64,000 nucleotides of DNA from an uncultured virus (IMG/VR IMGVR_UViG_3300028883_000006) (IMGVR_UViG_3300028883_000006), one strand, 5' to 3'; shown: positions 47,547 to 57,934, counted from the stretch's first letter. The notes: generated by a model not told the origin, from the letters alone. Program-made: numbers and translations.

Positions 47547-47858
47547 ATGCAACAGGTTGTAGGTGAATTGCAGGATTGTTACTACCTGCGTCAACAATTA
47601 CTCAAAAAGGGTTACACAATTAAATATATAAGGATAGTCCGGGAAGGGTGTAATGGATCCGGACCATTTCATTGTGCCTCATTACAAGCAATAGATAAGA
47701 AAGGTGATTCACGCTTTCTTATTGTCTCCCGGAAGGAATTGGAAAGATATTATAATGATACTGTAAAGGATAAAGACAAGATCACAGTAGGAACTTTCCT
47801 ACCGGCAGTAGCAGAAAGCTACATCATCAACAAGTTTTATCACAAGGTAAGTAAATGA
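47547..47858 (+). CDS. Hypothetical protein
   Basis: Packed in the early operon. Confidence 0.5.
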   Translation: MQQVVGELQDCYYLRQQLLKKGYTIKYIRIVREGCNGSGPFHCASLQAIDKKGDSRFLIVSRKELERYYNDTVKDKDKITVGTFLPAVAESYIINKFYHKVSK

Positions 47859-47880
47859 ATGTTATCAAAAATCTTTAACC

Positions 47881-48399
47881 ATGAAAAAGTTTATAATTGA
47901 GAAACAGATGCTCAACAAGAAAGACGGCTATTATGCTGTTGTCGTTGAAGGGGAAACACACCTGAACAGAACGGTAATAAAATCTTCATTGCAATTCTTC
48001 ACCTTAGAAGGAGGATACGATTTTTGTCACCCCTGGGGTAAGGCAAAGGCTTATGCAGAAGCTATTGCGGAAGGGCTTAATCGCAGCGAACAGGAAAAGG
48101 CCCAACCTAAAAACAATGAGGCTACAATCTCAGAACACACACCCGGAGAATGGAAGAGTTACCAAACCGAGAAAGGGTATAGCATTGAATCAACATCGGA
48201 AAGCGGATCATTAATCCCAGTAGCTACAATTCACAGGTTTTATAAAAATTCACAAGCCAACGCCAAACTCATAGCAGCCGCACCTGATCTACTTGAGGCT
48301 TGTAAACTATTCCTTGAATTTGATAAGCAAGGTGGATTGGATTTAAGACAAAAAGTATTTAATGCAGTTGATAAAGCAATCAAAAAAGCAACAGAATGA
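47881..48399 (+). CDS. Hypothetical phage protein (HTPGxW/ANAxLIAAAP family)
   Basis: HTPGEW and ANAKLIAAAPDLLEAC motifs. Confidence 0.65.
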   Translation: MKKFIIEKQMLNKKDGYYAVVVEGETHLNRTVIKSSLQFFTLEGGYDFCHPWGKAKAYAEAIAEGLNRSEQEKAQPKNNEATISEHTPGEWKSYQTEKGYSIESTSESGSLIPVATIHRFYKNSQANAKLIAAAPDLLEACKLFLEFDKQGGLDLRQKVFNAVDKAIKKATE

Positions 48400-48668
48400 A
48401 TACAGCAACCAAGAAACCTTATGTACTTCAAAAAGATATCCAGGCTGAGTGTAAGGAAGTAAACAGTAAGCTCGGAAGGTATCTATATGTTCCGTATTAC
48501 AAGAATATCAAGGGAAGGGCAACGTATGCTGACCGGTTATTCAAGTACGCTATTGTTGAAGTGAATGAAGGGGTAACGTCAATAATATATCTCAGGAGCA
48601 AACCATTAAATATACCTGCCTTTGTGTATGATGATCCCTCCCTGTATATAATAACCATTAAACAATAA
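48396..48668 (+). CDS. Hypothetical protein
   Basis: ATGA-coupled to the upstream gene. Confidence 0.5.
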   Translation: MNTATKKPYVLQKDIQAECKEVNSKLGRYLYVPYYKNIKGRATYADRLFKYAIVEVNEGVTSIIYLRSKPLNIPAFVYDDPSLYIITIKQ

Positions 48669-48683
48669 CTAAAAGAAAATATT

Positions 48684-49841
48684 ATGGATGATCCAAAAAA
48701 AACTGTAGAAGAAGCCAAGAGAAAGGCATCCCAGTCGGGAAGTCAGGCTCTTGCAAAGGCTCAGACCAAAGGTACTATGAAAGGATTAAACTCCACAGAT
48801 ATAGGTACCGTTCTTAGTGGTTACAAGAGCCAGATTGAGAAAGTTATCCCGAAGCACCTGACAGCAGAGAGGATGATACAAATGGCAACCACACTTATAG
48901 CCAGGAACCCACGAATAGCCGAATGTACTGCATCGTCTGTTGTGGGTTCTGTTGTTTCTGCATCTATATTGGGGTTTCCCCCGGTACAAGAACTTGGTTA
49001 TTGCTATTTCGTCCCTTACAGGCGTAATATCGGAACGAAGTCCAGTCCCAACTATGTGAAGGAATTGCAATTTCAGATAGGCTACAAGGGCCATATGGAA
49101 CTTGCCAGGAGGAGTTCGCAGATTAAAAGTATTCATGCCGAAGTGGTAAGGGAAGGAGATGAGTTCAAATATCAGCTTGGTTTAAACCCTGAACTTAAAC
49201 ATATCCCGGATGCAGATATTAACGCAATGGTTACTCATGCTTATGCTGTTGCTCATTACAAAGACGGTGGATACAATTTTGTTGTTCTCACCAGGAACCA
49301 GATTGAAGCACTCAGATTAAGAAGTCCGGGGCAGTCAGCAGGCAAGCCTTCAGATGTATGGGCAACCGACTATGACAAGATGGCAATGGCTAAGGCTGTC
49401 AAGCAACTCAGTAAGTTTCTTCCTATCTCAATCGATTACCATGAGAATCTTATCGCTGACGAGAAGGTTATACACCTGGAAGATATCGAGGAAGGAAAGA
49501 TAAAGATTGAGAACCTGGAGGGTGATATTACAGACCTCAATGATGTTCAGACTGCAGAGGAAGTGAAAGACGATGAGCCGGATAAAGAAGAAATGGAATT
49601 GATAAGGGAGGCAGGAGAACTTTTTGACGGACAAATCCTTCCGAAAGAAAAAGGAGAGTTAAGAAAGGCTATTGAAACCAGAAAAAAGATCATCAGCGAG
49701 TATGCAAAATACTGGCCTGATGTTGTTCCTGACATTTCTAAAGATAGCTCCTGGTTCCAGAAGGAAACAGAGAGGCGTAAGAAAGCAAATGAAAGTCAAA
49801 TCAAAATACCTGTTAAAGATGACAACAAAGACGCAAAGTAA
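48684..49841 (+). CDS. recT: RecT-family single-strand annealing protein
   Basis: IPKHLTAERM, GYCYFVPY, QFQIGYKG..ELARRS, W..DYDKMA. Confidence 0.92.
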   Translation: MDDPKKTVEEAKRKASQSGSQALAKAQTKGTMKGLNSTDIGTVLSGYKSQIEKVIPKHLTAERMIQMATTLIARNPRIAECTASSVVGSVVSASILGFPPVQELGYCYFVPYRRNIGTKSSPNYVKELQFQIGYKGHMELARRSSQIKSIHAEVVREGDEFKYQLGLNPELKHIPDADINAMVTHAYAVAHYKDGGYNFVVLTRNQIEALRLRSPGQSAGKPSDVWATDYDKMAMAKAVKQLSKFLPISIDYHENLIADEKVIHLEDIEEGKIKIENLEGDITDLNDVQTAEEVKDDEPDKEEMELIREAGELFDGQILPKEKGELRKAIETRKKIISEYAKYWPDVVPDISKDSSWFQKETERRKKANESQIKIPVKDDNKDAK

Positions 49842-50898
49842 AGAGATTAAGGTGGCCTACAAGCCACTTACCCCTTACCCCAATATAAGGGAAGAATTAC
49901 AGCAGATGGTTCAGGACTACAAAGATACAGTAGTCAATGAGGACACATTTGAGGATGCTAAGAAGGTTCGGGCCACAATCCGGGAAAAGAGGTATCTCAT
50001 TCAGAACATTGGAAAGGACAATGCCTCTACCATTGCCCAGGTAAGCAAGCTGAATAAGAAAACTGCCGAGGACCTGATTAATATAATAAAGCCGGTGGAG
50101 GACAGGATCCATGAGGAGATAAAAGCCATAGAGGACAGGAAAGAAGCTGAGAAAGCCGAGAGAGAACGCAAGGACCAGGAAAGAAGGAGGGTACTTGCAG
50201 ATAAGGCAAACGATATTAAGCTGTATGTCCTTGAGAGGATATCCAATGGCCTCACCTCAGACCAGGCAGCCGAGTTGCTTGCAACCCTTTCTGATATGGA
50301 AATCACCGAAGATAAGTTTGAGGACTTTTTCTTCATAGCAGAGGCAAACCACAGGGAGATGATTGAACTCCTGGGGAAAAAGATAGAGGAACTGAAAGTA
50401 AAAGAAGCAGAGGAATATGAGAAAGTGAAGGAGGAATATTTCGAGTGGTGTCCTGAAATGGTTTATACCCCCGAGATGACAATAGAGGACATGAGAGCCA
50501 ACATTAAGGTGGCACAGGATAATACAAGGAAGTTAGCTGATAAGGCCAGAAAAGAGGCTGAGAAGAAGGAGAAAGAGGCAAAACTGTATGATGCTGCAAG
50601 GCAAGCCTACATAGAATACTTTAAGAAGGAGCCAAAAGAAAATGCTCCTGCATCACAGTTGATAATGCTTATAGAGGAAGATAAGAAAGCTGAGAAGAAT
50701 AAGACTGACCAGGAGAGGCAGGAGAGGCTGGAAAGGGACAAAAAACTTCTTACGGCCACTTTTCTTCATTACACCAAGTATTTCTCTGCTAAAGACGAGG
50801 AACTGGAAAACCAGGAGACTATTGAGTTGCATGATGCCTTTAGGAGTGACTTAAATAAATTAGCCCAAAGCTATCTTGATAAACTTCACAATCTATAA
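49819..50898 (+). CDS. Coiled-coil protein (DUF1351-like)
   Basis: YKDTVVNEDTFEDAKKVRA..IIKPVEDRIHEEIK; lies between recT and the exonuclease. Confidence 0.6.
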   Translation: MTTKTQSKEIKVAYKPLTPYPNIREELQQMVQDYKDTVVNEDTFEDAKKVRATIREKRYLIQNIGKDNASTIAQVSKLNKKTAEDLINIIKPVEDRIHEEIKAIEDRKEAEKAERERKDQERRRVLADKANDIKLYVLERISNGLTSDQAAELLATLSDMEITEDKFEDFFFIAEANHREMIELLGKKIEELKVKEAEEYEKVKEEYFEWCPEMVYTPEMTIEDMRANIKVAQDNTRKLADKARKEAEKKEKEAKLYDAARQAYIEYFKKEPKENAPASQLIMLIEEDKKAEKNKTDQERQERLERDKKLLTATFLHYTKYFSAKDEELENQETIELHDAFRSDLNKLAQSYLDKLHNL

Positions 50899-50900
50899 TT

Positions 50901-51863
50901 ATGCATACAGCAGTAAAGAAGTATATCCCCAAAGATCAGGATGATTGGCTGCAGCAAAGGAGTAAGTCCATTGGTGGTAGTGAGATCGCTACCATCATGG
51001 GCCTAAACCCCTTCCAGACACCTTACGAGTTTTGGTTGCAAAAGACTGGCAGAACACCCAGGTTTGAAGGCAATATCTATACCAAAGCAGGTATTCATCT
51101 GGAGGAAGCTATTGCAAGGTACTGGTCCGAAGAAACAGGTCTAAGTATCATTAAATCATCCGAGCAGGATATTATCTATATACATCCGAAATACAGTTTC
51201 ATTACCGGTACCCCTGACAGGAAGTATTGGATTGAAACCAAGTATGGGGTACAGGTTGATAAGGGGATCCTGGAATGTAAAGCTGTCCAATGGGATCCTG
51301 ATGTTAATAAGGACACCCTGGAAGGATTACCTGACTCATGGTTCTGCCAGGCACAGGTTTATATGGGCCTTACCGGATGTAATAAGGCTTATATAGCATG
51401 GCTTAAGAGGGGATTATACCTTGATTATGTTGAAATAGCCTTTGATGAGTCATTCTATAATAAAAGTGTTGAGTTTGCTGTCCAGTGGTACCAGAACCAT
51501 ATTGTAAACGACAAACCCCCTAAGGCTGTCAATTCATCCGATATCGAGAAAATATTTAAGTCTCATAAGGAATATAAATCTTATGAGGCTACAGAGGAAA
51601 TATTCAATCAATGGGAAAGAGCTAAGGAGTTAAAGAAATCCATATCAGAGGCTTATAATGAACTGAATGTTATCACCGAAGATATAAAGATGAAACTCCG
51701 GGATGCCGAAGCCTTTAAGTATAACGGAGATACCTTATTCACCTGGAGGAAGGCAAATGATTCAGCTAAGTTGGATACCGATATCCTTAAAAAAAGATAC
51801 CCTGAGATCTACCAGGAGTGCCTGAGAAAAGAACCAGGGATAAGAAGGTTTTTAATCAAATAG
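50901..51863 (+). CDS. YqaJ-type (lambda exonuclease-like) nuclease
   Basis: WLQQRSKSIGGSE, TPD, ILECK, QAQVYMG. Confidence 0.9.
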   Translation: MHTAVKKYIPKDQDDWLQQRSKSIGGSEIATIMGLNPFQTPYEFWLQKTGRTPRFEGNIYTKAGIHLEEAIARYWSEETGLSIIKSSEQDIIYIHPKYSFITGTPDRKYWIETKYGVQVDKGILECKAVQWDPDVNKDTLEGLPDSWFCQAQVYMGLTGCNKAYIAWLKRGLYLDYVEIAFDESFYNKSVEFAVQWYQNHIVNDKPPKAVNSSDIEKIFKSHKEYKSYEATEEIFNQWERAKELKKSISEAYNELNVITEDIKMKLRDAEAFKYNGDTLFTWRKANDSAKLDTDILKKRYPEIYQECLRKEPGIRRFLIK

Positions 51864-51871
51864 GTTATAAT

Positions 51872-52558
51872 ATGGCAAAGGAGCTTCCATACTTTCGGTT
51901 CACGCCCCAGGAATGGCAAAACGGCAATATATCTATGCTGTCAGATACTCATAAGGGGTTGTTTATTGATATCTGTTGCTGGTACTGGATTAAAGATTGT
52001 AGCATAACTCAAGCAATGCTTAAGCTCCGCTTCAAGCAAAATGAAAATTTGCTTAAGCAACTATTCGAGTATGGTATAATTACTACCAATGATAACGATG
52101 AATTTATAGCAATAAAGTTCCTTGATGAACAGTTTGACCAACTTTCAACGATACGGAAACTCAGACAGGATGCAGGTTGTAAGGGGGGTAAGCAAAGGGC
52201 AAGCAATGCTAAAGCAAAAGTCAAGCAAATGCTTAAGCAAAAGTCAAGCTATAAAGATAAAGATAAAGATAAAGATATAAAGAAAGAAGAAATATTAAAG
52301 AAGAAAGAAAAAACACAACTTAATAAAATACCTCCATTACTGGAAGATGTAAAAGCCTATTGCAAGGAACGTGGTAAGGGAGTGGATCCTGAGAAGTGGT
52401 ATAATCACTATGAGGCTAAAGGATGGATGATAGGTAAGAATAAGATGAAGGACTGGAGGGCTGCCGTAAGGACCTGGGAGGACAGTAATGGGGATGATAG
52501 TAGTAAAAAAGCAGTTGTTATTTCTCCTGAAGAAGTATTAAGCGGGAGGTACAGATGA
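51872..52558 (+). CDS. Replication initiator protein
   Basis: LPYFRFTPQEW N-domain, GxKGG, DKDKDKD linker, YEAKGW..KMKDWRAAVRTW C-domain; precedes DnaB. Confidence 0.8.
   Translation: MAKELPYFRFTPQEWQNGNISMLSDTHKGLFIDICCWYWIKDCSITQAMLKLRFKQNENLLKQLFEYGIITTNDNDEFIAIKFLDEQFDQLSTIRKLRQDAGCKGGKQRASNAKAKVKQMLKQKSSYKDKDKDKDIKKEEILKKKEKTQLNKIPPLLEDVKAYCKERGKGVDPEKWYNHYEAKGWMIGKNKMKDWRAAVRTWEDSNGDDSSKKAVVISPEEVLSGRYR
52011..52300. repeat. Iteron array (probable replication origin) inside the initiator gene
   Basis: AAGC(AA) units at 52190, 52201, 52212, 52223, 52235, 52246 (11-12 bp period) and at 52011-52060, followed by an A-rich tract. Confidence 0.7.
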
Positions 52559-53943
52559 AAAACCTTGACAATATAGGAAAGATACCTCCACAGGCTGTAG
52601 ATATCGAGGAATATGTACTGGGTACATTGCTGACAGACATGGATGCTTATGACAATATAGCAAAGATACTAACTGCCGAAATGTTCTATAAAGCGGTACA
52701 CCAGCAAATATTTTCTATCATAGTTTATCTTTTCAATAACAGTAAGCCTACAGATCTGTTAACCGTAACCGAACACTTACGCAAAAAGGGAATACTGGAT
52801 GATATAGGTGGCCCGATGTACCTGGTTAAACTGACCGAGAAATTTCAATCAAGCAGGTTAATAGAACATCATGCCCTGATAGTCAAAGAAAAATACATGA
52901 AACGGCAACTCATTAAGGTTAGTAGTGAGATTAATTCAATGGCTTATGATGAAACCAATGATCTGCAGGACCTTATCAATTTTGCTGAAAAGAGTTTGTT
53001 TGCCCTGACTGAGAACATGACGGCAAAAGATCCCAGGAAACTATTAGACATCAACATTGAATACGTTGAGAAATTATCAGAGATTGCTAAGAGAGAGGTA
53101 AGATTATCAGGTGTACCAAGTGGACTGACCAGGGTAGATCGCATATCACTGGGATGGCAACAATCTGACCTGATTATAATGGCAGCAAGACCATCAATGG
53201 GTAAAACAGCACTGGCCCTGCAGCTTGCTAAGAACGCAGCATCATTCAATGTGCCGGTTCTATTCTTCTCAGTTGAGATGGCAGAGGAACAACTTGCAAT
53301 GAGGATGATTAGTAATGATACCGGTATTGATAGTCGATACCTTAAAATTGCCAAAGATCTTGATTGGGAAAAGATTGACGAAACAATATACAAATCATAC
53401 AACCAGAATATTTATATTGATGATACACCTTCGATCAGTGTTTATTCGATACGCAGCTTAATCCGAAAGTATAAGAGGAAATATAATATCGGCCTTGTCG
53501 TGGTGGATTATATCCAGCTATGCAAGGGGGATCCTTCCTATAAAAGGGACAGAAACCTGGAGGTTGGTAGTATAACCAAGACTCTTAAGGCTGCAGCGAA
53601 AGAAACAAAGGTGCCTATCATCGCCCTATCACAGCTAAACAGGGATATAGAAAAGAGATCATCACACCCATTTCCTATACTATCAGACCTAAGAGATTCA
53701 GGTGAGATAGAACAAGATGCAGATGTAGTGATATTCCCTACCAGGATATGCAGATTACCGGATCATATTCAGAATAATGATGAGTGGGTTAACCATAAAG
53801 AACACGCTGTAATACAGTTTGCCAAGCATCGTAATGGTGCTACAGGAGGGGTGTTTATTAATGTTTCAAGTGATGCATCCCGGTGGGAAGATATTGATGC
53901 CACCATATATAGCACAGAAGAAGAAAAGAATATACCATTTTAA
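52555..53943 (+). CDS. dnaB: Replicative DNA helicase
   Basis: PPQAVDIE, AARPSMGKT, VDYIQL, LSQLNR, DLRDSGEIEQDAD, KHRNG. Confidence 0.95.
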   Translation: MKNLDNIGKIPPQAVDIEEYVLGTLLTDMDAYDNIAKILTAEMFYKAVHQQIFSIIVYLFNNSKPTDLLTVTEHLRKKGILDDIGGPMYLVKLTEKFQSSRLIEHHALIVKEKYMKRQLIKVSSEINSMAYDETNDLQDLINFAEKSLFALTENMTAKDPRKLLDINIEYVEKLSEIAKREVRLSGVPSGLTRVDRISLGWQQSDLIIMAARPSMGKTALALQLAKNAASFNVPVLFFSVEMAEEQLAMRMISNDTGIDSRYLKIAKDLDWEKIDETIYKSYNQNIYIDDTPSISVYSIRSLIRKYKRKYNIGLVVVDYIQLCKGDPSYKRDRNLEVGSITKTLKAAAKETKVPIIALSQLNRDIEKRSSHPFPILSDLRDSGEIEQDADVVIFPTRICRLPDHIQNNDEWVNHKEHAVIQFAKHRNGATGGVFINVSSDASRWEDIDATIYSTEEEKNIPF

Positions 53944-53962
53944 TCATTAATAAAGGGCAATT

Positions 53963-54160
53963 ATGGATAATAAGAAAGTTAATTCAAAAGAAATACACGA
54001 AACAATACTCCAGGTAATGAGTGATATCAAAACCTTATACCAGGACCAGACGGAGTATAAGCCAATAATGATGAACCTTACAACTGTGGCTAAAGAAGTT
54101 AATGCTATAAGGATAAGGGAAATAACAGGTGAGTTGAACGGTAGTACAACACAAACATAA
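53963..54160 (+). CDS. Hypothetical protein
   Basis: Short ORF in the operon. Confidence 0.45.
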   Translation: MDNKKVNSKEIHETILQVMSDIKTLYQDQTEYKPIMMNLTTVAKEVNAIRIREITGELNGSTTQT

Positions 54161-54174
54161 AGGAGGATAAAGAA

Positions 54175-54573
54175 ATGATAACATCAACTACAAATTTAAA
54201 AGACAAATTTTCTTATATGAGCTTTCCGGGGATCATTAAGAGAATTACACTGACAGAAGCTATCTGTCAGGAATGGGAATTAGATACTAAGACTTACACA
54301 GACCATTATAGATGCAGGCGAAAAGAATTTTCTATTCCCAGGTTCTTCCATCGTTACGTACTTGATATTGAGTTGGGGTACGGCCCCACAAGGACAGGTA
54401 TGTATTTTGGTGTATCCCATAGCACGATTATTATGAGCAGACCGGCACATAACAACATGATGGATACAAACAAGGAATATCGTGCAAAGGTTGAGAATGT
54501 AATGAAAGCCTTAGAGAGTGGTTTAATACTTACTCCAGAAGATATTGACCTTAACTCAGATACAGCAGCTTAA
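54175..54573 (+). CDS. DnaA C-terminal-like HTH protein
   Basis: RRKEFSIPR..GPTRTGMYFGVSHSTII resembles DnaA domain IV. Confidence 0.6.
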   Translation: MITSTTNLKDKFSYMSFPGIIKRITLTEAICQEWELDTKTYTDHYRCRRKEFSIPRFFHRYVLDIELGYGPTRTGMYFGVSHSTIIMSRPAHNNMMDTNKEYRAKVENVMKALESGLILTPEDIDLNSDTAA

Positions 54574-54585
54574 TAAACTAAATAT

Positions 54586-54786
54586 ATGAACATAGATCTT
54601 AAAGAAGGCGATTATGCTTACATAGAGTGGAACGGTACCCAGTACGTTAAGAAAACACATTATCATATCGTTGAAGTGACGGATAAGATTGTGAAGGTCC
54701 GGGTACCTGGTTCATACATATACCACGAAATACCAATTAAAGACATAAAGGTTTACAGGGTGATACAATTAAAAGGAGATATATGA
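54586..54786 (+). CDS. Hypothetical SH3-like small protein
   Basis: 66 aa, beta-rich. Confidence 0.45.
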   Translation: MNIDLKEGDYAYIEWNGTQYVKKTHYHIVEVTDKIVKVRVPGSYIYHEIPIKDIKVYRVIQLKGDI

Positions 54787-54878
54787 TTACGATAGTTATT
54801 TTTTTAATGATAGGGATTGTGATAGGGATTATTATTATTGCTAAGATCGCCGACAGTCCTAATAATGACTTTGATTGA
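54783..54878 (+). CDS. 31-aa single-TM peptide
   Basis: MITIVIFLMIGIVIGIIIIAKIADSPNNDFD; ATGA overlap with the previous gene. Confidence 0.5.
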   Translation: MITIVIFLMIGIVIGIIIIAKIADSPNNDFD

Positions 54879-54922
54879 AACAATACTAATAATGAGTTGA
54901 AATTATATAAAAGTTAATCATT

Positions 54923-55603
54923 ATGAAAGGGATAATGTTCAAAGAGGATCTGTTCCAGGCTATCATAGAGGGCCGGAAAACACAGACCAGGAGGACCGGA
55001 GGATTAGATATCATCAATGACGGACCACCTGATGACTGGGGGTATGACGGCAATCCTTTGGACCGGGTAAAGTTACTTGGTTGGGAGGAGGATCCCCTGG
55101 TGGTAAATGAGAATGATGATAGCAATGAGCCTATACAGTGGAAGGGGCTATATCCTATGTTCGAGGTTCCCTGGTGGGATTACGAGATAGGATATTTCAA
55201 GCCCAGGTATAAAGAAGGGGAAATACTTTACCTGAAGGAGCCTTATCGCATAGGTATTATGAAAGAACTTATGTATGCTTATGATAAGCAGCCACAGGTC
55301 CGGGAGGTCTTAAAATGGAAGAACAAAATGTTCATGCCGGAGAAATACGCCAGGTACTTTATCGAGATAAACAGGGTAAGGGTAGAGAGGCTTCAGGATA
55401 TATTAGAAGAAGATGCAATCCGGGAAGGCTTTATGAGTACTGCTGTGCTTACTCCAGATATGTTAGATTATAGGGGGTTTTATCCCTCAGAACATTTTAG
55501 AGAGAAATGGGGAACCATTAATGGCCCCGGATCCTGGGAGAAGAACCCCTGGGTGTGGGTGTATGAGTTTAAACTGAATACTAATCAAAACATAGTCAAA
55601 TGA
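54923..55603 (+). CDS. ASCH/PUA-like phage protein
   Basis: AIIEGRKTQTRR, LYLKE, FMPEKYAR, RVERLQDI, WEKNPWVWVYEF. Confidence 0.8.
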   Translation: MKGIMFKEDLFQAIIEGRKTQTRRTGGLDIINDGPPDDWGYDGNPLDRVKLLGWEEDPLVVNENDDSNEPIQWKGLYPMFEVPWWDYEIGYFKPRYKEGEILYLKEPYRIGIMKELMYAYDKQPQVREVLKWKNKMFMPEKYARYFIEINRVRVERLQDILEEDAIREGFMSTAVLTPDMLDYRGFYPSEHFREKWGTINGPGSWEKNPWVWVYEFKLNTNQNIVK

Positions 55604-55953
55604 AAACACGAAATGTATTACTGTTATTAGCTGTCACCCTTTTGTTAGCAATGGTTTCATCGCATCCTGGTCCTGAAAAGGATGAGCCGGTTGTAGATAA
55701 GGTAGAGATGTTTGTTTGCCCTTTATGTGGCGATCTGCACCCTGTAGAGAGACAGGGCGATTACTTAATCTTTAAATGTGACTGTGGGTTTGAAGATGTT
55801 GCATATATGCCCCAGGCGACATTTAGAGATGATCCCCCTGCAGGACTGGATCCTGATGTTGAATGTACCGACTGGGAATATTACGGTGACTATGCTTGCC
55901 AGTGGTGTTCTAAGGATGGAGGCCCCTGGGTTTATACCTGTGTTGAAATATAA
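55600..55953 (+). CDS. Secreted Cys-rich protein
   Basis: Hydrophobic leader; CPLC, CDC and four more Cys. Confidence 0.55.
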   Translation: MKTRNVLLLLAVTLLLAMVSSHPGPEKDEPVVDKVEMFVCPLCGDLHPVERQGDYLIFKCDCGFEDVAYMPQATFRDDPPAGLDPDVECTDWEYYGDYACQWCSKDGGPWVYTCVEI

Positions 55954-55965
55954 TAAAGAAATAGC

Positions 55966-56532
55966 ATGAATATTTTACCAGTCAGGCATCCAGCAGAGAG
56001 TGAATATGATATGCAAGATGATATAGCACACACTTTATCAATAAGGCAATGGTATAATCAGTCTGGATATGAATATCATAATGGAGAGGTGTTTAGAGAA
56101 GTTAAGATCCCTGATATCGGTAGAATATCTGATATAATAGTCTTTGTTACCGACAGGAAGATAATAAATGTTGAATGTAAACTATTGGATTATACTACTG
56201 TGTTAGAACAAGCAAAAGATCATCTCAAGTGGTGTGATTACTCATATATCTGCCTTCATGCAGATGCTTATATCCCTGGTTACATAACTTATAAAATTCT
56301 TAAAGCAGGGATAGGGTTGATAGCTTGGAGGAAGGGAGAGAAACCGACTGAGGTAATTCAGGCATATTGGAATAAAAATAAGGATAAGGAATTAAGAACA
56401 CAGGTGTTGGCTATTTTAAAGAAGAAGAAAAAAGATAAGAAAAGAGAAGCCGAGGCAAGCAAACACATACAGAATGAAATAAACTATGATTATGGAACAG
56501 AGAGCAGTAAAAAAGAAGGAAGTAAGGCTTAA
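55966..56532 (+). CDS. PD-(D/E)xK nuclease-like protein
   Basis: FREVKI, RISDII, VECK, EQA..HLKWCDYSYI. Confidence 0.65.
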   Translation: MNILPVRHPAESEYDMQDDIAHTLSIRQWYNQSGYEYHNGEVFREVKIPDIGRISDIIVFVTDRKIINVECKLLDYTTVLEQAKDHLKWCDYSYICLHADAYIPGYITYKILKAGIGLIAWRKGEKPTEVIQAYWNKNKDKELRTQVLAILKKKKKDKKREAEASKHIQNEINYDYGTESSKKEGSKA

Positions 56533-56860
56533 CCTCAGGGAGATACAATATGTCCTGAAAACGCTTGAAAAAAGGGATCCTGACAATTATCCCCCTACAG
56601 GACTGCAGGAGAAATGTATTAAGGCCCTGGATTATGAGGACAGGATACAGAGGGGAACCTTTGCAGGGAAGCCATCAGTTATCATCCCCGCATCATTCTA
56701 CAGAAGTACAGATAGGGCTAAGGAATATGTGTTTGAAGGAAGGAATTATATCCTGATACCTGATTCTATCCATCGAAACCTATACGGAACCGGCAAGATT
56801 GAAGTTCAATCCTGGTTCTATGAGAAAGAAATAAGACCAAAACTTATAAAAGAGGACTAA
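56486..56860 (+). CDS. Hypothetical protein
   Basis: In the operon; start uncertain. Confidence 0.5.
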   Translation: MIMEQRAVKKKEVRLNLREIQYVLKTLEKRDPDNYPPTGLQEKCIKALDYEDRIQRGTFAGKPSVIIPASFYRSTDRAKEYVFEGRNYILIPDSIHRNLYGTGKIEVQSWFYEKEIRPKLIKED

Positions 56861-56886
56861 TAACCCTATGAATAGGCTTAATAACC
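56853..56886. promoter_or_regulatory. Third copy of the half-sites, in back-to-back arrangement
   Basis: AGGACTAATAACCCTA-TGAA-TAGGCTTAATAACC. Confidence 0.55.
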
Positions 56887-56942
56887 ATATCGTTGTGCTT
56901 GTTATTGTGAACATTTGTATTGTCACCAATTTATACGGCAAT

Positions 56943-57908
56943 ATGAGTTACCCTAATTCAGTAAAAGAGTTTGCCAGGGTGAGAATGGAACAAACTCCAA
57001 ACAATACTCAAATAGCAAGAGATATTAAGAACAAGTTTTCAACCCTATACCATGATAAAGAATTAGATCGGATAAGGAGGATGGTATCAAACTGGCGTAA
57101 CAGTTGGAATGTGGAAGCCAAGAAGATACCTATTAAGCGACTATTCTTTGATATAGAAACAAGCTACTATGAGTTACTGATAAAGACATTTTCCCTAAGA
57201 AACCATATAAGGTTTTTTGATCCTGATACTATCCAGAAAGAAAAGCAAATAATCTGTATATCCTACAAGTGGCAATACGAGAATAAAGTACAGACTCTTG
57301 ACTGGAGTATGGGGGAGAAGGAGATGATAAAAGAATTTGTAAATATAATGGGGGATGCCCATGAATTAGTTGCCCATAATGGATATAGGTTTGACGTAAG
57401 AGAGCTTCGGACCAGGGCAATCTATCATGGTGTATTGATGTTCCCGAACTACCGAACACTTGATACCCTAAAGAAATCACAGCATTATTTCAATTTTGCC
57501 AGTAATAAACTTGACTACATAGGTAAATTCCTGAATGTTGGTCGTAAACTGGACCATGAAGGTAAAGAGTTATGGGAAAAGGTAGTGGATGGAGATGAAG
57601 CGTCACTTCAAAAGATGATTAAATATTGCGAACAGGATGTAATACTCTTGGAGGATGCGTTTTTTGTTCTCAGTCCATTCATTGACCATAACAACAATTT
57701 CTCAGTTCTTACAGGGGGAGAGAAGTGGTATTGCCCGGAATGTGCCTCTGAGAATGTTGAGATGTTTCGTACTTACTCAACACCAATGGGTATCATACGC
57801 CGGGAGATGAAATGCAATAACTGCAAGAAACAATACCGAATATCAAACAAGACATATATGGCAATGCTTGAAGATTCAATGCGTGGCTATAATAGAAACA
57901 ATAAATAA
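56943..57908 (+). CDS. DEDD (RNase H-like) 3'-5' exonuclease with C-terminal Zn ribbon
   Basis: FFDIET, AHNGYRFD, DTLK, YCEQDV; CPEC..CNNC. Confidence 0.82.
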   Translation: MSYPNSVKEFARVRMEQTPNNTQIARDIKNKFSTLYHDKELDRIRRMVSNWRNSWNVEAKKIPIKRLFFDIETSYYELLIKTFSLRNHIRFFDPDTIQKEKQIICISYKWQYENKVQTLDWSMGEKEMIKEFVNIMGDAHELVAHNGYRFDVRELRTRAIYHGVLMFPNYRTLDTLKKSQHYFNFASNKLDYIGKFLNVGRKLDHEGKELWEKVVDGDEASLQKMIKYCEQDVILLEDAFFVLSPFIDHNNNFSVLTGGEKWYCPECASENVEMFRTYSTPMGIIRREMKCNNCKKQYRISNKTYMAMLEDSMRGYNRNNK

Positions 57909-57934
57909 ATTTTACAAACCAATTTTTAAACGCT

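Noticed and set aside
52251..52280. AAAGAT tandem repeat as a contingency locus
   Set aside because: Encodes the DKDKDKD linker common in phage initiators; a 6-bp unit would not shift frame
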